DNA of 64,000 nt from positions 64,001-128,000 of IMG/VR virus record IMGVR_UViG_3300030090_007211. One strand, 5' to 3'. This stretch comes from a virus. Numbering within the stretch: position 1 is the first letter of the stretch; each line of letters opens with the position of its first letter. The notes under the pieces are model-generated. The model did no database searches, had not been told where the DNA came from, and saw only the letters and a program-made list of their open reading frames with translations. Position numbers and translations under genes: made by a program. Shown here one piece after another: positions 47,369 to 57,038 of this stretch.

Positions 47369-47821
47369 CTAAAGAGATTTAATATCAATAAGGGTGGTAC
47401 CTTTTCCTTTATTTTGAAGAGTAATTTCTTGTTCGTGGGGATAATAAATATTATTATGTAAAGTATTAAAAATATCAATTTGATCCTTATTAACACCCAC
47501 AGTTATCAACACTACTTTATCTCCCGCATCACTATATATTGATCCTTTATTATAGTGATTATATAATAGTTCTTTTTTATTGGGGGAATAATGATCACCT
47601 AGGGATTCTGTGTCTATTTCCTCTCCCTCATGTAAATATAATAAACGATAGAGGGTAATAGTCTCAGGTAGAGTATTTAACCACTCTAAGAGTCTATTTA
47701 AGTCTTCCATACCCCACTCATTATCTAACCCCATTTCTTCATAGGCATTAGACAATTGAGTTAGTTCGTCACCAGTTAAAGTAACTTCTTCGTTTAATAA
47801 TTTTATAAATGATATCATCAC
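47369..47821 (-). CDS. Putative ADP-ribosyltransferase (R-S-ExE clade) with LLNE leader
   Basis: ITLYRLL..LGDHYS..VLITV..YPHEQEITL; ATATTTATA at 47823-47831. Confidence 0.55.
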   Translation of the reverse strand: MMISFIKLLNEEVTLTGDELTQLSNAYEEMGLDNEWGMEDLNRLLEWLNTLPETITLYRLLYLHEGEEIDTESLGDHYSPNKKELLYNHYNKGSIYSDAGDKVVLITVGVNKDQIDIFNTLHNNIYYPHEQEITLQNKGKGTTLIDIKSL

Positions 47822-48128
47822 TTATAAATATATAAAAAATATGTTTAATCCCAATTAGGTATAGAGTAATACCTTTGTACCATTATTTTTTTTATCTGTG
47901 ATAAATGTCTTGCATTGTTGAGTTTTAATCCGTATTCGAAACATATTTGTTTCATGTGTGGTAACAATTCACTAATTGTATGTTCACCTAAAGTTTTAAT
48001 TGCCATTCTTTTTTCCTTTTTCTATTAATAAATGTATTATTTCTTTATAATCCAAATAAATTTGGTAATCGCTGGAGGAATCTAAAGGTTTACCGTCTTG
48101 TATACGTTGCACTATCAATTTTATTACT

Positions 48129-48743
48129 TCAAACGGTACTTCCTCCTTCATTGTGTGTTAAAAAATTTTCTCTCTTCTCTAAATAACTATCAAAAGATTT
48201 ACCAGTGGTATCAGAATCCCACATTATTTCTTCCCCATCATAAATGATGTCGGTTATCAAAGACTCTTCATAATTTTTAAATAAAATATCTTTTATTTTT
48301 ATATGTAATTTCTTTAAATCCAATTCTTCATCGTCTTCTAAATTCCAACCCCCATACATTATCCATCCTTTTTCATAAGATATAGAAGTGATTATATTAC
48401 TGTTAGGATCAAAAGAATCAAATTCCTCACTCTCTACACTTCCTAAATGTGGCTCGTCTTCTAAATCCCATACATTGTCTAACATAATTTCTCTCTCACC
48501 ATCCACTATTTTTACGTGACAATTAAATGCAGATGCACCATAGACATGAGTAATGTCATCACATTCATACCAATCAAATTTATCAGGTAAAATAGAATTA
48601 AGATCATAAGACATAATAACCCCTATAGGTTCGTCTCGGTTCTCCATTTCCTTTTCTAAAATGTCTATTTCTTCATCAGTAAATGTGCCCTGCACTAATT
48701 CTTGACCATACCCAACCACTTGTATACTAATATATCTACTCAT
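48129..48743 (-). CDS. Acidic conserved hypothetical protein
   Basis: GYG.E..G..WYECDD..H.YG..S.EKG..YDGEE..TTGKS. Confidence 0.65.
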   Translation of the reverse strand: MSRYISIQVVGYGQELVQGTFTDEEIDILEKEMENRDEPIGVIMSYDLNSILPDKFDWYECDDITHVYGASAFNCHVKIVDGEREIMLDNVWDLEDEPHLGSVESEEFDSFDPNSNIITSISYEKGWIMYGGWNLEDDEELDLKKLHIKIKDILFKNYEESLITDIIYDGEEIMWDSDTTGKSFDSYLEKRENFLTHNEGGSTV

Positions 48744-48790
48744 AACTTTTTAGTAAAAATAAGGATTTATAATGATATAATCAAATAAAA

Positions 48791-50068
48791 TTATTTTTCT
48801 TTACCTTCTTCTTTTTCTAATTCCGTACCAAAAGGATTACCCTTAGCAATGGTAATCTTTTGTGAAAATATCTCATCATTTACACCCAAAACGTGTAGAA
48901 GATATAATCCATTAGATAATTTAGATAAATTTATTTTAGTTTCTTTAACCATACCAACAGTAGATGTATGAACAATACTACCTTTCAAATCATAGACTTT
49001 AATAGTTTTTGGGGTTATGTCCTCTCCCCATTGTATATTAACTTCACCACTAGTAATAGTAGGGAATATTTTATAACCTTCTTTTATTAATTCTGGTGTA
49101 TCTACTGGTGGATTGGGTGTAAAAGAATCTATCATAGTTTGTCTGTAAGTATATAGAGAAGCTAACCCTCTTTCTACTTGTCCTTCAGTAAACATAACCA
49201 TACATGAATCACCACAATAATCCATATATATTTTAACTATTTCTCTTTCCGAAGGAGTACAATTACTGAAACTGGTATCGGGACATCCAGCATTAGGAAA
49301 AGTTGGGCCATCCTGTATACCTGTATCATCAACACCGTCATCTCCACACCATGAAGCTCCTCCACCCCACCAAGGATGGTATAAATTTAACCAATGACCA
49401 ATTTCATGAACTAAGACTCTCCCCATTGCGTAATTTGGACCATATGTCCATGGATACATTTTATTTCCGGTTACTGCATAATCAATTACATTACCATCTG
49501 TTAAAATTGGTCCACCAGGGAATTGAGAATATCCTAAAAGTCCACCACCTAACTCAGCAACCCAAATATTTAAATAGAGTTTAGGATCCCAAGCATTTTT
49601 ACCACCTAAAGAATCAAACTTAACTGCATTGTTACTATAACTAAAACTTAAGTTAGATGTATAGGTGCGAGTAATACCATTAGTAGGGTTACCACTTGGG
49701 TCAGTATGGGCTAATTCAAAACGTATTCCAAAATTACCCGGTAAATTTTTTAAGGTGTCTGTTAAAATAGTGGTATCACCATTTTCTAAATTAAAACATT
49801 CATTCAATACTTCTAATTGAGCATGTAATATACTATCATGTAAATTGTGTACAGTATCATGCCATACTACATGATAAACTACAGGTAAAACTATACTACC
49901 ACTTTTTTTATGTCTATACTTTAAAAAATCTTGTAAATCCTTTTCAATTTGTTGATATTTTTTAGGGTTTGCATCGATAAATTTTTGGTTGTATTCATCT
50001 GCTCCACATACATGTTGCCCATTTATTAATAATGGGATAAATAATAAAATAAATAATAGAGATCTCAT
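48791..50068 (-). CDS. M43 (pappalysin/ulilysin-like) zinc metalloprotease with T9SS C-terminal sorting domain
   Basis: CG propeptide; LPVVYHV; LNIWV..LLGYSQFP; GR.LVHEIGHWLNLYHPW; YMDY..MFT.GQ; tail IFP..G..I..IKVYDLKG..L.NGLYLL..KI. Confidence 0.9.
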   Translation of the reverse strand: MRSLLFILLFIPLLINGQHVCGADEYNQKFIDANPKKYQQIEKDLQDFLKYRHKKSGSIVLPVVYHVVWHDTVHNLHDSILHAQLEVLNECFNLENGDTTILTDTLKNLPGNFGIRFELAHTDPSGNPTNGITRTYTSNLSFSYSNNAVKFDSLGGKNAWDPKLYLNIWVAELGGGLLGYSQFPGGPILTDGNVIDYAVTGNKMYPWTYGPNYAMGRVLVHEIGHWLNLYHPWWGGGASWCGDDGVDDTGIQDGPTFPNAGCPDTSFSNCTPSEREIVKIYMDYCGDSCMVMFTEGQVERGLASLYTYRQTMIDSFTPNPPVDTPELIKEGYKIFPTITSGEVNIQWGEDITPKTIKVYDLKGSIVHTSTVGMVKETKINLSKLSNGLYLLHVLGVNDEIFSQKITIAKGNPFGTELEKEEGKEK

Positions 50069-50115
50069 AATAGTTGTTTATTATATAAATATAACAACAA
50101 CCTAGTTAATCCTAT

Positions 50116-50586
50116 TTATTTCTTCCCATTATGTAAAACTAATGCAATATCAGGATTAGGCATTAACATAAGAAATGAATTTGCACTATCCGTAAATAAT
50201 AAAAATTTATCCGAATAATGTAGGGACTTGAAATTTAATTTATAAACTACGTCTATACTGTCCCTATCTGCTTGTTCCACAGACCCATATTGTTCAAAAG
50301 TGCGAATAGTAGACATATCAAAAACTGCTGAGGGAGAGATCATTTGTAAAATTTTAGGATCTTCGCTATTAATAACTAAAAATTGTTTTTTACAAACTCT
50401 TTGAGTAATTATCTCACTATGGGTTTCACTTTCCCATTTATGTATAGTTTCACCTTCAGCATTAATCAATTCTGCATAACTCCACGCTTGTTTTAAGGAT
50501 TGGGAAAAAATTAAATTACTTGTTAATAAACATAAGAAGACTATTATATTTTTCATATTCATACCTTTTTTAACAAAGATACACAA
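50116..50586 (-). CDS. Secreted hypothetical protein
   Basis: Signal peptide (true start ~MKNIIV, after promoter 50574-50605). Confidence 0.6.
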   Translation of the reverse strand: MCIFVKKGMNMKNIIVFLCLLTSNLIFSQSLKQAWSYAELINAEGETIHKWESETHSEIITQRVCKKQFLVINSEDPKILQMISPSAVFDMSTIRTFEQYGSVEQADRDSIDVVYKLNFKSLHYSDKFLLFTDSANSFLMLMPNPDIALVLHNGKK

Positions 50587-50592
50587 AATATA

Positions 50593-51171
50593 TTATAATA
50601 CCAAATTAGTCTTTATCATTTTTATTGCAATTGCAATAAGTATGATACCAAAAATCTTTCTTAGCATCATCATACCAGATTTACCTAATAGGTTGGATAG
50701 TTTGTCTGTACTCTTTAATGTTATATAAACTACTAATAAATTTAATACTATACCTATTAAAATACTCCATGTAGAATAAAGAGATTTAAAAGATAATATA
50801 GTAGTTAAACTACCAGGACCAGCAATTAAAGGAAACGCGAGTGGGACAATAGAAGATCCTTTAGTATCTGGTTCAGTTTTAAAAAAAGTTAAACCTAACA
50901 CCAACTCCAAACCCATAAAAAATAATATCAGACCCCCTGCTACTGAAAATGATGCTACATCTATCCCTAAAAAAGATAATGCATGTTCCCCACTTAATAA
51001 AAATATAATCATAATACATAAAGACACGAGGGTTGCTTTAAGACTCTCTATCTTACCAAACCTTTGTCTTAAGTCCATTATAATGGGAATTGACCCAAAT
51101 ATGTCGATGATCGCAAATAGCGTCATACTAATCGTTAATACTTCATTCCACATAATACCACTAATATCCAT
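50593..51171 (-). CDS. MarC family integral membrane protein
   Basis: LFAIID.FG.IP..SF.VAGG..IVPLAFPLIAGPG..G...LRK.FG..L.AIA. Confidence 0.9.
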   Translation of the reverse strand: MDISGIMWNEVLTISMTLFAIIDIFGSIPIIMDLRQRFGKIESLKATLVSLCIMIIFLLSGEHALSFLGIDVASFSVAGGLILFFMGLELVLGLTFFKTEPDTKGSSIVPLAFPLIAGPGSLTTILSFKSLYSTWSILIGIVLNLLVVYITLKSTDKLSNLLGKSGMMMLRKIFGIILIAIAIKMIKTNLVL

Positions 51172-51358
51172 ATAAGAATTTTATTACTCTCTTTAAATAT
51201 GCATCTCTAGCGGAAAAGTATCTAATTTATTAAGATTTTTTTTAGGTAAAATTATTGTATTTTTAAAAGTCTGAACGTCACCGATAATATAATTAATATA
51301 GGTTTCGTAACCAATTTTGTATCTTAATACAATTTTATCATTAGAAGTTATATAAAAA

Positions 51359-51982
51359 CTATGAAACTCCTTCAGGAATACCGACATTATTTTCAATTAA
51401 GTCAATAATATAATCTTTATCATTGGGGTTATTAACAAAATCTAAATTATCTACATCAATAACTAATAGTTTACTCCAACTATATTCCCCAAAAAATACC
51501 TCATAATTACTATTAAGGTCATACCAGTAATTAATACTTTGTTCTAGTTCATATTTTCTACCTCTACGTTTAATACGCTCAATAACATTTTCTGTTTTGA
51601 TTCTAAGATAAACCATTAGTGTGGGAGGATTTACATGCTCCATCATATTATTAAAAAGATCGACATAGATATCATATTCCTTATCATTTAATTCTCCTTG
51701 ATCCCTTAACATCTTAGCAAATATTCTATCTTCTACAATACTTCTATCCATAATAGAGGCAGGATGATGCATAGAATCTTTATACATTTCAAACCTTTTA
51801 TTGAGAAAAAATATCTGTAAAGGGAAAGCGTATTTTTCCTTATCATAATAAAATTTTTCTAATAATTCATTATCAAATACTGGTTCATGATATACTTTAT
51901 AACCTAATTCATTAAATATGTTGCATAGGGAACTTTTTCCCACTCCAACAACTCCCGCGATATTAATTACTTTATCTCTCAT
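51359..51982 (-). CDS. Deoxynucleoside kinase
   Basis: IAGVVGVGKSS..EPV..LQ.FFL..RF..DRSI.ED.IF..RI..RGR.YE. Confidence 0.92.
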   Translation of the reverse strand: MRDKVINIAGVVGVGKSSLCNIFNELGYKVYHEPVFDNELLEKFYYDKEKYAFPLQIFFLNKRFEMYKDSMHHPASIMDRSIVEDRIFAKMLRDQGELNDKEYDIYVDLFNNMMEHVNPPTLMVYLRIKTENVIERIKRRGRKYELEQSINYWYDLNSNYEVFFGEYSWSKLLVIDVDNLDFVNNPNDKDYIIDLIENNVGIPEGVS

Positions 51983-52036
51983 AGTTTCTTTTTAATAAAC
52001 CTACACATAAGTTCTCATATTGTCAATTATTAAGCA

Positions 52037-52064
52037 TAAAAAAACCTCAAATAAATGAGGTTTT
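52037..52064 (-). terminator. Rho-independent terminator
   Basis: AAAACCTCA-TTTATT-TGAGGTTTTTTT on minus strand. Confidence 0.8.
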
Positions 52065-52109
52065 ATAAGGCTGGAGCTATCCTCCGAGCATTTAAATCTT
52101 TCGATCACC

Positions 52110-52274
52110 TTATTTTTTCTTCGCTTGGTATGACCAAACTACACCTACTAGCGTCATTACCGCACCTACTACTTCAGGTACTACATCCGCATCCAGATAT
52201 CCTTTGGTTACTAATGCACCACCTAATACAGTTAAGGTATGTCTAATTAGTCCATAAATTTGTTCTTTTTCCAT
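52110..52274 (-). CDS. Putative holin, 54 aa, two TM (not in track)
   Basis: MEKEQIYGLIRHTLTVLGGALVTKGYLD..VGAVMTLVGVVWSYQAKKK; own terminator. Confidence 0.7.
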   Translation of the reverse strand: MEKEQIYGLIRHTLTVLGGALVTKGYLDADVVPEVVGAVMTLVGVVWSYQAKKK

Positions 52275-52535
52275 AATTATGATTTTTAATTATTTTTATT
52301 AGTTTAGAGTAACAGGTAAATTATAAAATATTAATTCTTTGGGACCTGTTAACCCAAAAGGTCTTCTATATAATGTTTTACCCTTATCTGGACTCTCATA
52401 TATCCATTTAATATTTGCAATCCAAGTGTGGGGAGTAAACTTCACTTTCTGTTTCTTGTTTTTCATTAGAAGTAGTTAATTCAATAATAGATGCTATTAC
52501 ACCTATAATAATTAATATCCAGAGTATTTTAAATT

Positions 52536-52775
52536 TCACGAGTCATTAAGTTTAGATAATTCAATACATCTTTCAAAATCTTGTTGATCTTTAAAATAAG
52601 TTAATAAACTTTCAATGTCATTATTAGTAGGTGGTAATTCTATATTATGGGCAAATACTAACCCTTCACCACCTTTATTAACCATTAATTCTTCTAAAGT
52701 AGCATTTCCTACAATGACATCATAAGAATTACACATCGCTTCATCTAAACTTTTTAATGCTTGTAACTCATCCAT
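52536..52775 (-). CDS. Small protein with C-terminal UVR-like motif
   Basis: YFKDQQDFERCIEL; promoter 52791-52822. Confidence 0.6.
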   Translation of the reverse strand: MDELQALKSLDEAMCNSYDVIVGNATLEELMVNKGGEGLVFAHNIELPPTNNDIESLLTYFKDQQDFERCIELSKLNDS

Positions 52776-52834
52776 AACCTAACTTTTAAACAAATATAAG
52801 ATTATAAAATTATATTATCAATAGTTAATAAAAG

Positions 52835-53197
52835 TTATTTAAATATTGGAGAAAATAATAATACCATTTTATCTTTAATAATAAGGTGTCCACCTCCTCT
52901 TACTTCACACCATTGACCTTCTATATTGATAGAAAATTTTTTATCTTTAAAAATTAAAGGATAACCTTTAGTAATGGGAATAGATGTCTTCCTAAGAAAT
53001 ATACCTTTAGTTGTAGGGTAACTAGGCATCTTATATAATTTACCATGTTCACTTACCCATCCATTTGCAAATCCGTTAATATCTAACTGTTGAAATATTA
53101 CTTGGTGTAGATGTATTTCTTTAGTATAAACGAACGCAGGGGTTTGGTAATTATCCCTTACCAATATTAATCCGTTTTTATATGAAATACTATACAT
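52835..53197 (-). CDS. Hypothetical protein
   Basis: 120-aa ORF. Confidence 0.55.
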   Translation of the reverse strand: MYSISYKNGLILVRDNYQTPAFVYTKEIHLHQVIFQQLDINGFANGWVSEHGKLYKMPSYPTTKGIFLRKTSIPITKGYPLIFKDKKFSINIEGQWCEVRGGGHLIIKDKMVLLFSPIFK

Positions 53198-53939
53198 CTT
53201 TGGAACTCTTTTTCCCTAGAGTCCTTCTGTATTGAGTATTTAAATCACTTATACCAAATTTACATGTTATCAATCCTAAAATAATAAGTAATATCATAAA
53301 TGGTATAGTAGTTTTTCCATATAAAGAAAGGTTAAAGTTCCATAAACCATGAATACTCGCCCCACATATTAAACCTATGAGTGTATAAATTAATTTACGT
53401 ATTTTAGGGTATTTCTCCATAAAAACTCCAAATACCGTTCTACTTCTGTTACCTAAAGAAGTTGCAATGTCTGATAAAGCATACCAGTAACCAACAAACA
53501 TAGAAAATATCATATGCCCTAGTGTAGAAGTGAATGATCTTATTATTAATACATCTTCCCCATATCGATAAGTATAACTTAAGTTTTCATATAACGCAAA
53601 CCCTAATCCTACCATACCTAATGATAACATAGTAGAAACAGGATGTTTACTCGTACTTTTTATACTTAAACTAACTAGTAAGAAAGCTAAAAACTTTGAT
53701 AACTCTTCTCGTGGCCCAACAATAAAGAAATGTTGTTTAAATGCGTCATACGCATTCATTTCAAAAAATGCTGCAAACATAAATACAAAAATAATTGAGA
53801 GTAGTCCACCAGCCACGTAAAATAGAGACTTCTTCAGATCGAAAGTCCCGTAAGGTGTTGTAAGGTATAAAATAAAAGCATAGATTAATGGAGGTAAGAG
53901 TGTCCATAATAATAATCCTATGTGAAATTCAATAAACAT
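53190..53939 (-). CDS. PrsW-family intramembrane metalloprotease
   Basis: GPREELSKF..VGLGFA..EN..Y..R..GH..HGLWNF. Confidence 0.88.
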   Translation of the reverse strand: MFIEFHIGLLLWTLLPPLIYAFILYLTTPYGTFDLKKSLFYVAGGLLSIIFVFMFAAFFEMNAYDAFKQHFFIVGPREELSKFLAFLLVSLSIKSTSKHPVSTMLSLGMVGLGFALYENLSYTYRYGEDVLIIRSFTSTLGHMIFSMFVGYWYALSDIATSLGNRSRTVFGVFMEKYPKIRKLIYTLIGLICGASIHGLWNFNLSLYGKTTIPFMILLIILGLITCKFGISDLNTQYRRTLGKKSSKDV

Positions 53940-54006
53940 ACGATTATAAATAGGGATAAATGTTACCCTTCTTCTATTGCTTTTGTAAAAGTTTTGTAAG
54001 GAAGAA

Positions 54007-54231
54007 TTATTTTAATTTAATAGAAAGAGTAGTATTAGATAAAAAATTATACGTGGAAGATAACCCATAATCCACTAATGTTTCATCCACTATCTTCTTC
54101 ATAGTGTCACTATGCCCAATTATAATATTAACTTCACCAGTACCTTTCATTAAGTGTTCACCAATAAATTGATCCACTTTGCGAGGTACGTCTCCATGAC
54201 GCACCCCATGCAAATCTAATTTATAACTCAT
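54007..54231 (-). CDS. Smr/MutS2-like small domain protein
   Basis: LDLHG..II.G.S..MK. Confidence 0.7.
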   Translation of the reverse strand: MSYKLDLHGVRHGDVPRKVDQFIGEHLMKGTGEVNIIIGHSDTMKKIVDETLVDYGLSSTYNFLSNTTLSIKLK

Positions 54232-54476
54232 TTTTTAAGTGTCTGTAAAAAAGATTCTACCTTTTCAATATTCTCGTTCAAAACTTCTGAATATTTTTGA
54301 TTGGTAGTGTCTTTTAATTCATCTAATGACTTAAATAAATCACCCACAATATTTTTTCCTTCAGCATCTACTTGTTTACCTTTCTCTACTAAAGTATTAA
54401 AATTTTCTTTCATTTTGTCTTCTGTATGTTGTGCTAATCCTACACCTGCATACAAAACATTTTTTAAAGTTTCCAT
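54228..54476 (-). CDS. Phasin-like protein
   Basis: LKNVLYAGVGLA..T..K..F..LVEKG..EG. Confidence 0.65.
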   Translation of the reverse strand: METLKNVLYAGVGLAQHTEDKMKENFNTLVEKGKQVDAEGKNIVGDLFKSLDELKDTTNQKYSEVLNENIEKVESFLQTLKK

Positions 54477-54661
54477 TTAATTATTTTTTCTCTTTTGTTA
54501 TTTAATAGAAGTTGTAATTTGGAAAAAGAATATTCATCTCTAAACAAAATTCTAAATCCATCAATAAATTGTTGAGCCGCTTCTAATTGCATTTCATTTT
54601 CACAACTTTCTATTACTGCTACTGATTTATTTTCAGCATCTATTATCTTATATATTTCCAT
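54464..54661 (-). CDS. Hypothetical protein
   Basis: VIESC...QL..A..F motif. Confidence 0.55.
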   Translation of the reverse strand: MEIYKIIDAENKSVAVIESCENEMQLEAAQQFIDGFRILFRDEYSFSKLQLLLNNKREKIIKWKL

Positions 54662-54959
54662 TTTTAATTTTTTTTCTTAATTTCTCCACAGTATCGCACA
54701 TTTCATAGTCTTCTATAGATACAAAATACTTAACACATTTTTCTAAACTCTCATCCCAATTTTCTTTATCTACCATTAAAACCATCGTATAATCTCTTAA
54801 ATTATTTATGATTTTGAATAATGTTAGATTTTCTATGTCATTTTCATATGCATGATCAATGTTCTTTACTATTTCACTATGTATATGATGTCTATTATTA
54901 GTTAATAAATTCTCCTCTTCTTCTTCAGTATTAATAATAATTGTTGGTACTTTATCCAT
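54648..54959 (-). CDS. Hypothetical protein with UVR-like C-terminus
   Basis: L.KC..YF..EDYEMC. Confidence 0.6.
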   Translation of the reverse strand: MDKVPTIIINTEEEEENLLTNNRHHIHSEIVKNIDHAYENDIENLTLFKIINNLRDYTMVLMVDKENWDESLEKCVKYFVSIEDYEMCDTVEKLRKKIKNGNI

Positions 54960-55201
54960 TAATTATAAATTGATGTTATTATTTCTATTTTTTTTATAAT
55001 TTCTATACGTGCTTTAGGGTCATCAACTATTAATAATTGTTTTCTTAAATATCGTAAATCTTCCATGACTTTTTTATCACTTACCTTATCTATTTTATTA
55101 TATTTTGGCATACGAATACTATTTAATTTTTTAAATTGTTTAATTATGTATATTACACCAATAAGTATAAGTAAAATTATTGATAAAATAAAATAAATCA
55201 T
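54959..55201 (-). CDS. Single-TM protein
   Basis: N-terminal hydrophobic helix. Confidence 0.55.
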   Translation of the reverse strand: MIYFILSIILLILIGVIYIIKQFKKLNSIRMPKYNKIDKVSDKKVMEDLRYLRKQLLIVDDPKARIEIIKKIEIITSIYN

Positions 55202-55671
55202 TTAATAATTTTAATTTTAAATAGTTTATAAGTGTAGAGTAAATGGAATAAACATATCAAAAATACTTGAAAGACTTCAAACATCATTAACCCACCAAAA
55301 AATAAAAGATAACCAAATAAAGACACTCTCCCAAATCCACTCACTCTTTTATCATTCCACATAGCATAAGTAGATGTTATAAAAAATATGACAGCACTAC
55401 TATAATGAATAATAGGGAAATCATGCATATTAAATAATGCTAGTAAGATAAGAAAAAAAGAGGGATATTTCCATTCATTATTTCGATGTATCAACAATCC
55501 TATTGCTAATGTATTAAAAATAACTGTGAAAAGGATAGGGGAATGAGTATAATATCTACTATAACTTTGTTCCCACCCAAAATATAAAGGAAACCCAAAC
55601 ATAGCAATTACACCAATAGTGGATAGCACAAATCGGGTAAATAAATTTAAATATGAAGGTAAATTTTTCAT
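55198..55671 (-). CDS. Multi-TM membrane protein
   Basis: SYS.YY..IHY.SA..FF. Confidence 0.65.
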   Translation of the reverse strand: MKNLPSYLNLFTRFVLSTIGVIAMFGFPLYFGWEQSYSRYYTHSPILFTVIFNTLAIGLLIHRNNEWKYPSFFLILLALFNMHDFPIIHYSSAVIFFITSTYAMWNDKRVSGFGRVSLFGYLLFFGGLMMFEVFQVFLICLFHLLYTYKLFKIKIIK

Positions 55672-55725
55672 GTAAAACTGGTTGGTTTCTATAAATAAAT
55701 ATGGAAAAAAACCAGTTTTTAAATA

Positions 55726-56019
55726 CTACAAAGATAAAATAAAATCTTTATATTCTTGATACTTGATTTTTAAATAATATTTAGATAATTCTTCCGCTTC
55801 TGTCAACCCAAAATACATCTCTTCTTGTAGTGCTCTAGATATCGCTTTTTGTAACATAAAACGGGTTTGTGAAAGAGTTAGAGATAATTTACGAGTATCA
55901 CTCTCTTTCATTAAGGTAGGTCGTCCCTCCATATCATTTACTACAGGATACCTACTATTAAAAAACTTTTCAGATTTTTTAAAAAAATTTTCTAGTTGTA
56001 TGTTGGTATATAAAGACAT
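55726..56019 (-). CDS. Hypothetical protein
   Basis: ATG 56019 after promoter 56036-56067. Confidence 0.6.
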   Translation of the reverse strand: MSLYTNIQLENFFKKSEKFFNSRYPVVNDMEGRPTLMKESDTRKLSLTLSQTRFMLQKAISRALQEEMYFGLTEAEELSKYYLKIKYQEYKDFILSL

Positions 56020-56051
56020 ATTTGTTTGATTTAAACAAATATACAACAAAT

Positions 56052-56474
56052 TTATTTATTATCCAAATTTATCTCATTAATTAATTCAAACACTTGTTGA
56101 TCATTTAACGCAAAAGTTTCTTTAAGATCGGAAATATCCGGAGAATCAAACTCCAAATTTTGAGTATATTGCTCAAATAGTATTAAAAATTTATTAAATT
56201 CTTCAGTAAAATCAAAAAATAATTCTTTATTACGAGTATTTTTAATCATCTTAATTACTTCTTCATTCTCCCCCTTAAATATCCTGTCCACTATTAAATG
56301 TAAATTAGAAGAAATAATATGTTTTTTTAATTCTAATAAACCATTATCTACATCTTCACGTAAAGCATTTAACTGATTCGCATCATTCACTAAACCCGCA
56401 TAATAACTACCATCTAAAGTATTATTCTTTTGTAGATGTTTAGTTATGGCTTCTTTAATTGCATCATTTCCCAT
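56052..56474 (-). CDS. Hypothetical helical protein
   Basis: 140-aa ORF. Confidence 0.6.
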   Translation of the reverse strand: MGNDAIKEAITKHLQKNNTLDGSYYAGLVNDANQLNALREDVDNGLLELKKHIISSNLHLIVDRIFKGENEEVIKMIKNTRNKELFFDFTEEFNKFLILFEQYTQNLEFDSPDISDLKETFALNDQQVFELINEINLDNK

Positions 56475-56595
56475 ATGATAAAGATAACTATTATTTTTTT
56501 CATTTTCAATGTTTATTTATTCTTTTTTTTTTCGTATGTTTATAATGATTTTAATCGATAACCATATATTTATAAAATAGAGAATGGTTTAAAAA

Positions 56596-56811
56596 ATGGA
56601 TAAACACATTGATAATTTAATACTTGAACTTCAAAACGCCCTTTCAAAGAAATACGGCAGACACTTCAAAAGATTTTATTTAATAAAAAATATGGAAGAG
56701 TCTGAAGATTGGCAAGGATTAATTCATTATTCTGATGAAGGTGAAAGACAAGTGGAGTATTATAATATTGAAAACCAAGAAGTCGTAAAAGACAGTAAAA
56801 TATTTCATTAA
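56596..56811 (+). CDS. Hypothetical protein
   Basis: After ATATTTATA at 56566-56574. Confidence 0.6.
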   Translation: MDKHIDNLILELQNALSKKYGRHFKRFYLIKNMEESEDWQGLIHYSDEGERQVEYYNIENQEVVKDSKIFH

Positions 56812-56818
56812 AAAGAAC

Positions 56819-57037
56819 ATGAGAAAAGATAAATTAGTGGGCAAAAATGTCATACTAAAAAATGTATACTGCGTTGATAATCAAAATGGGGTTATTACAG
56901 AAGAATATAAGGACATTACTGGAACATTAGAAAAAATAGGTCCTAATTCTTTTTTTGGATGGGATTTATGTGCATTAGTAAATGGTGTGAATTATAAATT
57001 AGAGTCGTTATCTCAAATTCAGGCTATTTATAGATAA
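56819..57037 (+). CDS. Hypothetical protein
   Basis: Operon with flanking ORFs. Confidence 0.6.
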   Translation: MRKDKLVGKNVILKNVYCVDNQNGVITEEYKDITGTLEKIGPNSFFGWDLCALVNGVNYKLESLSQIQAIYR

Positions 57038-57038
57038 G

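Noticed and set aside
55726-56474. Possible additional YG..E family members (YFGLTEAEE; ETFALNDQQ)
   Set aside because: Only a fragment of the motif; the N-terminal helix and W/Y positions are missing.
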